64,000 nucleotides of DNA from Roseiarcus sp. (GTDB lineage Bacteria > Pseudomonadota > Alphaproteobacteria > Rhizobiales > Beijerinckiaceae). The position numbers and the translations under genes were made by a program. Below the pieces are notes generated by a model. It worked only from the letters and a program-made list of their open reading frames with translations. It made no database searches and was not told where the DNA came from. This document shows, piece after piece, positions 1 to 9,659 of this stretch; the first letter of the stretch is position 1, and each line of letters opens with the position of its first letter. The DNA lies in assembly GCA_036489975.1 (NCBI GenBank), contig DASXES010000053.1, positions 21,506 to 85,505 of the forward strand, given 5' to 3'.

Positions 1-543
1 GGATTGGCGAACGTCACCGACTTTCACACCTTCACCCTGGCTTATACTCGACAAATCAACGCCAACTTTTCTGTGAGCGCGTCAATCGGATTGGTCGGGA
101 CGACGAACGCATTCACTCTGGGTCTGCCGAGGACGCTTCTGCCGATCTATACACTCGGGTCGACGTGGTCGCTGACGCCGAAACTGGCTCTGAATGCATC
201 CGCGTCAAAAACGATTTCGCCTCCGACAACGGTGATCGCCAACGCCGAAACGGCCTACGATGCTCAGATGAGTCTAACCTATGCAATGACACCCAAGGTC
301 GCCATCAATGTCGGAGGCTCGATCAGCTACACGAATGGGGCGTTCACGCCGGCGGTGCTGACCGACCTGGCGCCCGTGCTGACCGGCGCTTCGGATTTTT
401 ACAGCGTGAACGCCGGCTTGAGCTACACCATCACGCCGTTCCTGTCCGCCGGGCTGAACGCCTCATATACCGAGCGCGTCACGGACCACACGATTACTCC
501 GCAAGATTTGGTGACCGTAAGTCTGAACTATAGACCGTACTAG
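1..543 (+). CDS. Outer-membrane beta-barrel protein of an EPS cluster (5'-truncated by the window edge)
   Basis: Alternating amphipathic beta-strands and a C-terminal aromatic residue (VSLNYRPY). Lies directly upstream of the polysaccharide export genes. Confidence 0.7.
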   Translation, partial: GLANVTDFHTFTLAYTRQINANFSVSASIGLVGTTNAFTLGLPRTLLPIYTLGSTWSLTPKLALNASASKTISPPTTVIANAETAYDAQMSLTYAMTPKVAINVGGSISYTNGAFTPAVLTDLAPVLTGASDFYSVNAGLSYTITPFLSAGLNASYTERVTDHTITPQDLVTVSLNYRPY

Positions 544-569
544 CAGTCCGAAGTGGGAGAACGGAAGCG

Positions 570-1394
570 ATGCTGACAACGATGCGAATGGCCCGGTCCA
601 GGACGCCATGGCCGGCGATCCTGACCATTGTGGGCCTTCTCCTTCTGGTGGTCGGAGTGGTCGCTCCCGATTTGGCGCGCGCCGGCGGGCGGATCCTCAC
701 GCCGCAGGACGTCGTCTCCATTAAAGTTGTCAACCAGCCGGACATGGACACGACGGCTCGCGTCGAGACCGACGGAACGATCGACTTCCCTTACGTCGGC
801 CGGATCAGGGCTGCGGGGTTGACCCAAGACCAGGTCGCACGGGCGATTGAAAGACAGTTGGCGTCGCGACAAATCGTCACCGAGCCACATGTGCTGGTCG
901 AGATCTCTACCTTCGGCACGCAAGCCAGCGTGCAGGGCCAGGTCGGCGTGCCAGGGGTCTATACGCTCGATCGCCCGACGAATCTGACGCAGCTGATCTC
1001 CCGGGCTGGGGGCCTCAGGGATTCCGCCATTGGCGGAACGATCACGGTGCGCCGCGGTGCGACGATCAGAAGGTTCGACTCAAGGGACATCCAGGCTGGC
1101 CGTGGCCCTGGCGCTGAATTTCGGATCGCCAATAACGATGAGGTTTTTGTCGACCTGGCGCCGTTTTACTATCTTTACGGCTACGTGAACAAAGCGGGGG
1201 AGTACCCGCTGCTGCGTCCTCTTACGGTCCAGCAGGCGATCTCGGTTGCCGGCGGATTGGCGGCCGTGGGATCAGAATGGCGCATCAGGATCAAGCGCAA
1301 GTCAGGCAACGGCCAAACGTACGAAGTCCCCGCTTCGCTTGACGATCAGGTCGAGGCAGGCGATACGATTATTATCAGCGAGCGCATATTCTAG
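570..1394 (+). CDS. Polysaccharide export protein, Wza/EpsE family (Poly_export + SLBB domains)
   Basis: N-terminal TM/signal; motif DGTIDFPYVGRIRAAGLT; SLBB repeats (GQVGVPGVY, GYVNKAGEY..ISVAGG). Confidence 0.9.
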   Translation: MLTTMRMARSRTPWPAILTIVGLLLLVVGVVAPDLARAGGRILTPQDVVSIKVVNQPDMDTTARVETDGTIDFPYVGRIRAAGLTQDQVARAIERQLASRQIVTEPHVLVEISTFGTQASVQGQVGVPGVYTLDRPTNLTQLISRAGGLRDSAIGGTITVRRGATIRRFDSRDIQAGRGPGAEFRIANNDEVFVDLAPFYYLYGYVNKAGEYPLLRPLTVQQAISVAGGLAAVGSEWRIRIKRKSGNGQTYEVPASLDDQVEAGDTIIISERIF

Positions 1395-1450
1395 TCACCA
1401 AACTCTGCTATGCATGGTTTTGGATTTGGCTGGAGCGCAGGAGGCGGGTC

Positions 1451-2848
1451 GTGTCGGTAAGCCAAATTCTGACCATCCTTTTGCGTCGGGGGTGGATTGT
1501 CGTGCTGTCGCTCCTGACGACGACGATCGTGGCTGGAGCGGTGTTGCTGTTCGTGCCGGGCCGCTACGACGCGGTCGCGACCGCGAGCATCGACCCGGGC
1601 AACGTTGATCCGATCACCGACGCGACAAACGGCGCCGGCATGATCGGGCTGATGCAGGGCAACATTCTTGCGCTTGTCGGCAGCCAAAGGGTCGCGACAG
1701 ACGTCGTCAGGCGATTGAATCTGAGCGAGAATCCTCAGGTTCAGGAAAATTTCCGGAAGTCCAGCTCATTTGGCCGCGAGAGCATCGATGAGTGGATGGC
1801 CGCCAGTTTAGTGGCGAATGTCAAGCCTGAGTTCACTATGGGTACGAACGTCCTGGCGATCAAATATAAGTCAGGCGACCCGAACCAGGCGGCGCTGATC
1901 GCCAATGCGTTCCTCGCGGCGACAATCGACGGCTCGGTTGCGATGAAAGCCGCTGAAGGCGACCAAAGCGCGCGGTGGTTCGCGCCGCAACTCGACGAAT
2001 TGCGTAAGGAGTTGGAGGACGCCCGCGCGGCGCTGGCGTCTTTCCAGGCGAAGACGAATATCGTGGCCCCGAGCCAGGGCGGGGATCGCGAAACCAGCCA
2101 ATACATGGCGATCAGCGACCAATTGTCGAACGCCAGGGGCGCGTTGACTAGTCTCCGGAGCCGCCTGACAAGTGGCTCGACCGACCTGTCGAACGATCCC
2201 CAGGACCCCGATCTGCAAATTCTCTCCGGTTTAAAAGAAAAGCTGGCGAACGAGGAAGGCAATATTGCGGCCTCCAAGGGCGTCCTCGGCACGAATAATC
2301 CGAAGATGGTGGCCGAACAGGCTAATATGGCCTCGGTTCGCAGGCAGATTGGCGAAGCCACCGAGAAGATGCGCCGACACCTGAAAGATCGCATCGACCT
2401 GGCGCAAACCCAGATCGATTCCCTCGAGGCCGAGCAAGCCCAAGCGCAGAAGTCGTTGATCCAGGTTCAAGCGCAGCGCGACCGGCTGAGCCAGCTGCAG
2501 CGCGATGTCGACTTCCGCGCCGAACAGCTCAACGCTCGGGAGAAGGCGGCGGAAGATGCGAAGCTGAAAAGCAAGCTGACATTTTCCGATATGACCGTTC
2601 TCGACAAGGCGTCTCCACCCGTCGCGCCCGCATTTCCAAAACCGTTTGTCGTGCTGCCTGTCGGGATCGCCGCTGGGCTCGCGCTCGGGCTAATCCTCGC
2701 GCTTCTCGCGGAAGCGGCAGATCGGAGGGTCCGCTTCCCGGTCGATCTGGAACATGCGGCCTCCGCTCCGTTTTTGGGCGCCCTCGACGGCGCGCGTCGC
2801 TCGAGGGCGCGCATTAGCGCGTCAAACCGCAGCCTGCGACCCGTATGA
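1451..2848 (+). CDS. Polysaccharide chain-length determinant / co-polymerase (EpsF/GumC/Wzz-like)
   Basis: Two TM segments flank a long coiled coil; C-terminal VLDKASPPVAPAFPK motif. Confidence 0.88.
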   Translation: MSVSQILTILLRRGWIVVLSLLTTTIVAGAVLLFVPGRYDAVATASIDPGNVDPITDATNGAGMIGLMQGNILALVGSQRVATDVVRRLNLSENPQVQENFRKSSSFGRESIDEWMAASLVANVKPEFTMGTNVLAIKYKSGDPNQAALIANAFLAATIDGSVAMKAAEGDQSARWFAPQLDELRKELEDARAALASFQAKTNIVAPSQGGDRETSQYMAISDQLSNARGALTSLRSRLTSGSTDLSNDPQDPDLQILSGLKEKLANEEGNIAASKGVLGTNNPKMVAEQANMASVRRQIGEATEKMRRHLKDRIDLAQTQIDSLEAEQAQAQKSLIQVQAQRDRLSQLQRDVDFRAEQLNAREKAAEDAKLKSKLTFSDMTVLDKASPPVAPAFPKPFVVLPVGIAAGLALGLILALLAEAADRRVRFPVDLEHAASAPFLGALDGARRSRARISASNRSLRPV

Positions 2849-3020
2849 GTCGATGATACGCGACCGTATATTCCACGGTCGAACGGCTGTCGGGTCGCCA
2901 CGGCTCCGCCCAAAGGCCCAGAATGGTTTGAAAAACAAACAAATTATGGGGTAACGTCCTTAGCGGGATCCCGTCGGGGAGTAGACGGATCCACACAGTT
3001 GAGTATTGAAAGCTTGAGCC

Positions 3021-3914
3021 ATGGCGAGCAAACCGAGCTATAACAAGGATGTAGACAACATCGTCGCGGTGCAGACGTCGAAGGACCCGATCGAGCAGCA
3101 GATCTTGGCGGCCGGCAATCTGAGCGAGGCTCAGGTCGAGGCGATCCGCGGATTTCAGCGGCGCAAAGGGCTGACGTTTGGGGAAGCGGCGATCGCGCTG
3201 GGCTTGGTGCGCCGCGACAGTTTGTTTCTCGCGCTGTCGAAGCGCTACAATTATCCAGTTCTGAATTTCGGCGTCGACGAGGCCCGGTTTTCGCGCGAGC
3301 TGGTCGTCGGGTACCAGCCCTTCAGCGCCGCGGCGGAGGCCTTCCGCTCCGTGCGGTCTGCCCTTGCAACAGGGCCGCTGTCGCAGGGGAAGAACGCATT
3401 CGCCGTCATCGGGCCCCATGCCCGGGTCGGGGTGACCTATTTCGCCGCCAATCTGGCTCTGTCCTTCGCCCAGATGGCGGTTCCTACGCTCCTTGTCGAC
3501 GCCAACCTAAGGAAGCCGAGACTCACGGCCCTGTTTGGCGTCGATCCGAAGACGGAGGGCTTAGTCGAGGCCTTGACTCATGGCGAGGCCGAACTGCCGC
3601 CCGTCACCATCGACATCGTCCCCGGTTTGTCGCTGCTCGTCGCCGGGGCGACCCCGCCCCATCCTCAGGAATTGCTGAGCTCCAAGGAATTCCTCACCCT
3701 ATCGCAGAACGCCCAGCGCAATTACGGCGTGGTCATTTACGACACGCCTGCGGCGCTTGAGAGCGCCGACGCCTATGTTGTTGCGTCCCGGGTGGGCGCC
3801 GCTATCGTCGCGGCTCGGCGGCATCGAACGAAAGTGAGAGACATAACCAAAATCGCCCGAGCGCTGGAGGGCTTCCAGTGCGACATCGTGGGCACGGTTC
3901 TCTCGCGCTTCTGA
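3021..3914 (+). CDS. EpsG/CpsD-CapB family tyrosine-kinase-like protein
   Basis: AEAFRSVRSAL, LLVDANLRKP, PPHPQELL and VVIYDTP motifs. Walker A is degenerate. Confidence 0.85.
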   Translation: MASKPSYNKDVDNIVAVQTSKDPIEQQILAAGNLSEAQVEAIRGFQRRKGLTFGEAAIALGLVRRDSLFLALSKRYNYPVLNFGVDEARFSRELVVGYQPFSAAAEAFRSVRSALATGPLSQGKNAFAVIGPHARVGVTYFAANLALSFAQMAVPTLLVDANLRKPRLTALFGVDPKTEGLVEALTHGEAELPPVTIDIVPGLSLLVAGATPPHPQELLSSKEFLTLSQNAQRNYGVVIYDTPAALESADAYVVASRVGAAIVAARRHRTKVRDITKIARALEGFQCDIVGTVLSRF

Positions 3915-3944
3915 CGGCACAGCTCGTCCCATCGAGCCGCCGGC

Positions 3945-4232
3945 CTATCGCGCCAGCTTGTGCAGATAATCCCAAGTGTAGAGGCCGGTGTCGTGGCCGT
4001 CGTCGAACACGATCTTGATCGCGTAGTTGCCAACCGGCTCGATCGCGATGATGGCGACGTTCTCCTTACCCGTGACCGTCCTTTTCTGGCTCGGCGAATG
4101 GCCTTGCACCTCAGCGCTTGGGCTCTCCACCCGCAGCAGCTCGGCGGGGAGGCGGATGACCTGACCGTCGTCGAACGCGACTTCCAGCACGCGCCCTTTC
4201 TCCATCGCGGTAATATCAGTCGGCCAGGCCAT
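3945..4232 (-). CDS. DUF971 / gamma-butyrobetaine hydroxylase N-terminal-like protein
   Basis: LRVESPSAEVQGH and EPVGNYAIKIVFDDGHDTGLYTWDYL motifs. Confidence 0.9.
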   Translation of the reverse strand: MAWPTDITAMEKGRVLEVAFDDGQVIRLPAELLRVESPSAEVQGHSPSQKRTVTGKENVAIIAIEPVGNYAIKIVFDDGHDTGLYTWDYLHKLAR

Positions 4233-4243
4233 CGCGGTTCACT

Positions 4244-5389
4244 TCACTCGAGGATACGGATGCGCGGCGCTGGCTTTGCGCCCGTTGCGCCGGTTGCGAG
4301 CGTGTCCGCCACCCGTCGCGCGATCTCGAGAAAAGCGTTGGCTTGCGGGCTCTCCGGCATGCTCGCGACCACGGGTCGCCCGTCATCGGAATTCACGCGA
4401 ATGGTGATGTCGAGCGGCACTTCGCCGAGGAACGGAACGCCAAGCTTTTCGGCCTCCTTGCGCGCCCCACCGTGCGAAAAAACATCTGTTCGTCCGCCAC
4501 AATGCGGGCAGACGAAATAGCTCATATTCTCGACCACGCCGAGCAGCGGAATTTTGACCTGGTTGAACATCGCAATGCCTCGACGGGCGTCGATGAGCGC
4601 CAGATCCTGGGGCGTCGACACGATAACCGCTCCCGCCAGCGGCACGTTCTGGGCCATCGTCAGTTGCGTGTCGCCAGTGCCCGGCGGCATGTCGACGACG
4701 AGCACGTCGAGTTCACCCCAAACGACCTCCCGCAAGAGCTGGTTTAGCGCCGAGACCACCATCGGTCCGCGCCAGACCACCGGCGCGCCCTCGTCGATCA
4801 GGAACCCGATCGACATCACCTTGACCCCGAAGCTTTCGAGGGGAATGAGCCTCTTGCCGTCGGGCGCCAAGGCTGGCTTGGAGTTGATCCCGAACAGCTT
4901 GGGCATGGAGGGCCCGAAGAGATCAGCGTCGAGAACTCCGACTGCAAGTCCGAGTTTGGCGAGGCCCACGGCCAGATTGCAGGCCACGGTCGACTTCCCC
5001 ACGCCGCCCTTGCCCGAGGCGACTGCGATGATGTGCTTAACCCCGGGCAGCGGTTCGCTCGGGCGCCCGTGCCGGACTGGCGGCGCCTTGCTCTCATGGG
5101 CGTGCCCGGCATGGGCATGACCCGGCGATCCGCTCAGGGTCCGCGCCGACTCGGCGGTCAGTGTCACGACTGCGCCCGCGACGCCCGGAATTGCTCTGAT
5201 CGCGGCCTCGGCCTGAGCCCGCATCGGCTCCATCGTCTTGGCCCGCGCCGGATCGATGGCGATCGCGGCGAAGACTTTGCCCTCACGAATGGTGATGCCG
5301 GAAATCGCCCCGGAATCGGGCAGAGAGGCGCGTCCGTCCGGGCCGGGAATCCCCGCCAGCGCCGTCATGATCTCGTCGCGAGAAACCAC
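4244..5389 (-). CDS. mrp: Mrp/ApbC Fe-S cluster carrier ATPase
   Basis: VASGKGGVGKST, WRGPMV, DMPPGTGD and ENMSYFVCPHC motifs. Confidence 0.95.
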   Translation of the reverse strand: MVSRDEIMTALAGIPGPDGRASLPDSGAISGITIREGKVFAAIAIDPARAKTMEPMRAQAEAAIRAIPGVAGAVVTLTAESARTLSGSPGHAHAGHAHESKAPPVRHGRPSEPLPGVKHIIAVASGKGGVGKSTVACNLAVGLAKLGLAVGVLDADLFGPSMPKLFGINSKPALAPDGKRLIPLESFGVKVMSIGFLIDEGAPVVWRGPMVVSALNQLLREVVWGELDVLVVDMPPGTGDTQLTMAQNVPLAGAVIVSTPQDLALIDARRGIAMFNQVKIPLLGVVENMSYFVCPHCGGRTDVFSHGGARKEAEKLGVPFLGEVPLDITIRVNSDDGRPVVASMPESPQANAFLEIARRVADTLATGATGAKPAPRIRILE

Positions 5390-5390
5390 T

Positions 5391-6827
5391 TCAGTCCTTC
5401 CCGGCCGCGGCGGCGGTCTCGGCCGCCAAACAGGGCGCGGCCTCAGAGCGCCAATCGAGCTTGTCCCGCAACGTTACCACCGTCCCGACAATGATGATCG
5501 AGGGGCCGGTCAGTTCGGCCTCACGCGCTTTTGCGGCCAGCGTCGCCAGCGAGCCGATGACGACCCGTTGATCCGGCCGGGTCGCGTTGTCAATGATCGC
5601 CGCTGGCAAATCCGGGGCGGCGCCCCGCGCAATGAACTCGCGCATCAGCGCCTCGACGTTGCGCAGGCCCATATAGATCGCGACCGTCTGGCGCGGTTGC
5701 AAGAGCGCCGTCCAGTCAAGATCGATTTTGCCGTCCTTCCCGTGGCCGGTCACGAATACGCAGGCCTGCGCGTGCTCGCGATGGGTGAGGGGAATGCCGG
5801 CATAGGCCGCCGCGCCAATCGCCGCCGTGATACCGGGGCAAACCTGAAACGGGATGCCCTCCGCGGCGAGGGCTTCGATCTCCTCGCCGCCCCGACCGAA
5901 CACGAAAGGATCACCGCCCTTGAGCCGCAAGACCCGCTTGCCCTCTTTGGCGAGCCTGACCATCAGCGCGCTGATGTCGCCTTGCGGCAGTTCGTGGTCC
6001 TCGGGCTGCTTGCCGACGTAGATGCGCTCGGCCTCCCGGCGCACCAAGTTTATCACGTTCGGGTTGGTGAGCCGGTCGTAGAGCACGACATCGGCCTTTT
6101 GCATGAGCCGGAGCGCGCGGAAGGTCAGAAGGTCGGGATCGCCGGGCCCAGCGCCGACCAGATAGACCTCGCCGCGCGGCGCCTCCGCGGTCTCCGCCAC
6201 GCATGCGATGGCGCGGCCAAGTTCGGCCGAGGCGGCGTTGTGGTCGCCCGAAAGCGTCCGCTCGGCGATCGGTCCTTCGAGCACCGTCTCCCAGAATCGA
6301 CGGCGCATGATTGGCGAGGCGATCGCCTTGGCCACCGCGCCGCGAAATCCGCCCATGAGGTCTGCAAGGCGGCCGTAAGCGGCAGGGATGGAGCTTTCCA
6401 GGCGCGCCTTCAGCATACGGCCCAGAATCGGCGAGGCGCCGCCAGTCGAAATCGCGATGACGAGCGGGTCGCGGTCGATAATTGCGGGCATGATGAAGTC
6501 GCAGAACTGCGGCCGGTCGGCGACATTGACCAGAGCGCCGGCTCCCTTTGCCGTCGCCCAGGTCTCCGCAGACAAGCCCTCGTCTTCGAGCGCGACGAAG
6601 CAGATCGCGGCGCCGTCGAAATCTTTGGGTTCGGGATCGCGAGCCTCATGGCGAAAGTTCGGAGCTTCGAGGAGCTCGCGAAAATCATCGGTGAGAGAGG
6701 CCGCGAACGTTGTGACGCGGGCGCCCGCCCGGATGAGATGCTCCGCCCGTCGCGCGGCCACCGCGCCGCCACCGACGACGATTGCGGCCTTGCCGTCAAG
6801 CTCGAGAAAAACCGGCAGATGGCGCAT
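5391..6827 (-). CDS. cysG: Siroheme synthase (precorrin-2 dehydrogenase/ferrochelatase + uroporphyrinogen-III methyltransferase)
   Basis: VVGGGAVAARR; VYLVGAGPGDPDLLT; RLKGGDPFVFGRGGEE. Confidence 0.95.
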   Translation of the reverse strand: MRHLPVFLELDGKAAIVVGGGAVAARRAEHLIRAGARVTTFAASLTDDFRELLEAPNFRHEARDPEPKDFDGAAICFVALEDEGLSAETWATAKGAGALVNVADRPQFCDFIMPAIIDRDPLVIAISTGGASPILGRMLKARLESSIPAAYGRLADLMGGFRGAVAKAIASPIMRRRFWETVLEGPIAERTLSGDHNAASAELGRAIACVAETAEAPRGEVYLVGAGPGDPDLLTFRALRLMQKADVVLYDRLTNPNVINLVRREAERIYVGKQPEDHELPQGDISALMVRLAKEGKRVLRLKGGDPFVFGRGGEEIEALAAEGIPFQVCPGITAAIGAAAYAGIPLTHREHAQACVFVTGHGKDGKIDLDWTALLQPRQTVAIYMGLRNVEALMREFIARGAAPDLPAAIIDNATRPDQRVVIGSLATLAAKAREAELTGPSIIIVGTVVTLRDKLDWRSEAAPCLAAETAAAAGKD

Positions 6828-7017
6828 GGCTCAAGGAACGCTGAACGTCATTGGGCGACGTAACGGCCGGGTGGCGGGGCGGGCCAAAGGAGATACCGGG
6901 TTCATGGCGGACCGCGATTCTAGACGCTTCAGCTTCGAGATTAAAGGAAAACCGCAGTTCCGGATCCAAAGCTGGAGCCTCTCGTCCGCTCACCGCACAT
7001 AGACAGCGCGATGGGGA

Positions 7018-8046
7018 CTATTCAACGAGCGGGGCGGCTGCGCCCGGGGCCGCCGTCTCCTCCGCCAGCACGCCGCGGCGCTGGCGGCGCTCGGCGGCCT
7101 GGACCGCGAGGCCGACCGCCAGAATCAGCATCGAACCATTGAACAGAGGCTCGACAAAGAACGGCGCGCCGAGCTGGTTGAGGCCGGCGACGGTTACGGC
7201 GAGGACGGCCACGGCGAGCACCGTCCCCCAGACATTGACCCGGCCGGGGCGGATCGAGGTGGCGCCGAGCAGCGCCGCGGTGAAGGCGGGCAGCAAATAT
7301 TCCTGGCCGACCGAGCTTTGGCCGACCTGCAGTTGCGACTGGAGCACGATTCCGGCGAAGGCGGCGAGCGTTCCGGCGGCGACGAAGGCGAGCGTCACGT
7401 ATCGGTTGGCCGAAATGCCGTTGAGCTCCGCGGCGCGCGGGCTCGCGCCGAGCACATAGAGATAACGGCCGAGAGGCAGGTATTCGAACACGATCCATAA
7501 GGTGAGGCTGACGACCAGCCCATAGATCGCCGGCGCCGGCACGATCCACACGCTGCCGGAAATGGCCAGGAACTCGGGCGGCAGGGAAGCGAGCACCTGC
7601 TGGCCGCCGGTGTACCAGGCGTTGAGGCCATAAAGAATCGTGCCCGTGCCAAGAGTGGCGATGAACGAGTCGATCTTCACCCGGGTGACCAGTATCCCGT
7701 TCATGAACCCGACCGCCGCGCCCATGAGCAGCACCGCGCATACCGCCGCCGGCCACGGCAGGCCCTGGCCCTGCAGCCCAATCGCCAGCACCTGGGAGAT
7801 GCCGACGTTGAAGCCGGCCGAGAGATCGAACTGGTTGGCGACCATCGGGATGAACACCGAAAGCGCCACCAAGAGCTGCACCGACTTGTTGCTGAGGATC
7901 GAGCGAATGTTGAAATAGGTGAGAAACGTGTCCGGCTTCAGCAATGAAAACGCGATGACCAGGAGCACGAACAATACCAGCAAGCCCCACACGGAGATCG
8001 CCCGGGTTAGCGCGGCGCCGAAAGAGCGGGCGGCGCCGCGGCTCAT
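7018..8046 (-). CDS. Sugar ABC transporter permease
   Basis: About 9-10 TM helices, FDLSAG and SFIATLG motifs. The ATG at 8046 overlaps the ATPase stop (ATGA). Confidence 0.9.
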   Translation of the reverse strand: MSRGAARSFGAALTRAISVWGLLVLFVLLVIAFSLLKPDTFLTYFNIRSILSNKSVQLLVALSVFIPMVANQFDLSAGFNVGISQVLAIGLQGQGLPWPAAVCAVLLMGAAVGFMNGILVTRVKIDSFIATLGTGTILYGLNAWYTGGQQVLASLPPEFLAISGSVWIVPAPAIYGLVVSLTLWIVFEYLPLGRYLYVLGASPRAAELNGISANRYVTLAFVAAGTLAAFAGIVLQSQLQVGQSSVGQEYLLPAFTAALLGATSIRPGRVNVWGTVLAVAVLAVTVAGLNQLGAPFFVEPLFNGSMLILAVGLAVQAAERRQRRGVLAEETAAPGAAAPLVE

Positions 8047-9584
8047 GACGCCGACCAACGGCCGGCGGTCGACTTTCCTCCGGACGCCGCCGAAGTCAGC
8101 GCGGCAACGGTCAGGGCGTGGCTCGGAATCTCCGCCGCCACCTGACCGCGATTGAAGACCAGCGCGCGATGGCAGATTCGCTCGACCTCCTCGAAATCGG
8201 ACGAGATCAAGAGAACCGCCAACCCCTTGCGCAGCGAGGATTGCAGCAGGTGATAGATGTCGGCCTTGGCGCCGACGTCGACGCCGATGGTCGGCTCCTC
8301 GAGAATGAGCAGCCTCGCGTCGGCCTCCATCCAGCGTGCGAGCACCACCTTCTGCTGGTTGCCGCCGGACAGGGTCGCAACGGGCTCATCCACGCCAGCC
8401 GTCTTGATGGAAAAGCGCATGACTGCGGCTTGCGCTTCGCCAAGCTCCCTCGCTCGGGGAATCCATTCGAGCACCCCTCTGCCGCTCGCCGCCGGGTTCA
8501 GGTAGATATTCTCGCGTACGTCCAGGTTCGAAGCGAGGCCCTCCTCGGCTCGCCTGCTCGAGACGAAGCCGACGCCGCTGGCCATCGCTTCCGCGGGATT
8601 TGAGGGCGCGATCGGCTGGCCGTCGAGGATGAGGCGCCCGGAGGCCATCCGCGTATGACCGAAGATCGCGCGGCCGACCGTGTGATGCCCGGCGCCGCGC
8701 AAGCCCACGAGCCCGAGGGTCTCCCCGGCGGCGACGGAGAAGGAGACCGGACCGACGTGCTCGGCGACGAGGTCCGCTACCGAGAAGGCGCTCAGCTCGG
8801 AAGGCGGAGCAGGCCTTACGAAGGCGTCGCTCATCGAGCGCCCAACGATCATCTGCACCAGTTCGTCGGCATTGGTTTCCCGCGCTGCGACCGTCGCCAG
8901 CCGGCGCCCGTCGCGAAGAACCGTGACTCGATCGGCGATGCGCAGGACCTCGTCCAGCCGATGGGTGACGTAGACGACGCCGATATTGCTGGCGCGCAGG
9001 CGCCGCAGCGTCTCGAGCAGGCGTTCGACATCGGCCTCGGGAAGCGCCGCGGTCGGCTCATCCAATACGATGATGTCCGATTTGATCGCCAGCGCCCGGC
9101 CGATGGCGACGAGCGAGCGCTCGGCCGCCGGCAGTGAGGCGACCGGCGCCTCCGGATCGAGGTCGCTGCTCATGATCGCGAGCGCCCGCGCGGCCGCGCT
9201 TTTCACTCGCGGCCACGACACGAGGCCAGTCCACGACCGCGGATAGCCGGTCTGAATGGCGACGTTCTCGGCGACCGTCATCCATTCGACGAGCCCCAGA
9301 TCCTGGTGGATGAAGGCGATCGGCAGAGGATCCGCTCCCGGTTGGGTCGGCCTTCCGTTAAACACAATGTCGCCGGCGTCGGCTTTGTAGACCCCGGCCA
9401 GCACCTTGATCAGCGTCGACTTGCCGGCCCCGTTCTGGCCGAGAAGGGCGTGAACCTCGCCGCGGCGGACGTCGAAGTCGACTTGATCTAGCGCAAGCGT
9501 GCCGGTGAATCGCTTGACGAGCCCGGTCATCACGAGCAGCGGCGCCGATCCCCCTTCGGAGCGGATTTGCTCAACACGATCCAC
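8043..9584 (-). CDS. Sugar ABC transporter ATP-binding protein (double ABC domain)
   Basis: GQNGAGKSTLIK, LDEPT and LSGGNQQKV motifs. Confidence 0.93.
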   Translation of the reverse strand: MDRVEQIRSEGGSAPLLVMTGLVKRFTGTLALDQVDFDVRRGEVHALLGQNGAGKSTLIKVLAGVYKADAGDIVFNGRPTQPGADPLPIAFIHQDLGLVEWMTVAENVAIQTGYPRSWTGLVSWPRVKSAAARALAIMSSDLDPEAPVASLPAAERSLVAIGRALAIKSDIIVLDEPTAALPEADVERLLETLRRLRASNIGVVYVTHRLDEVLRIADRVTVLRDGRRLATVAARETNADELVQMIVGRSMSDAFVRPAPPSELSAFSVADLVAEHVGPVSFSVAAGETLGLVGLRGAGHHTVGRAIFGHTRMASGRLILDGQPIAPSNPAEAMASGVGFVSSRRAEEGLASNLDVRENIYLNPAASGRGVLEWIPRARELGEAQAAVMRFSIKTAGVDEPVATLSGGNQQKVVLARWMEADARLLILEEPTIGVDVGAKADIYHLLQSSLRKGLAVLLISSDFEEVERICHRALVFNRGQVAAEIPSHALTVAALTSAASGGKSTAGRWSAS

Positions 9585-9659
9585 GATCGATTCTACCGTC
9601 TGGGGCGGGATGGAGCGGGAATCCTGGCGGGAGCCGATCCCGCCCGGGCTGCCCAGAGC

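Noticed and set aside
5238-6863. Long antisense or shadow ORFs (e.g. 5238-6863+, 9567-10736+, 18127-19800-, 30023-31324+, 53965-55296-)
   Set aside because: They are the expected stop-poor shadows of high-GC genes, lie fully opposite motif-bearing genes and contain no recognisable motifs.
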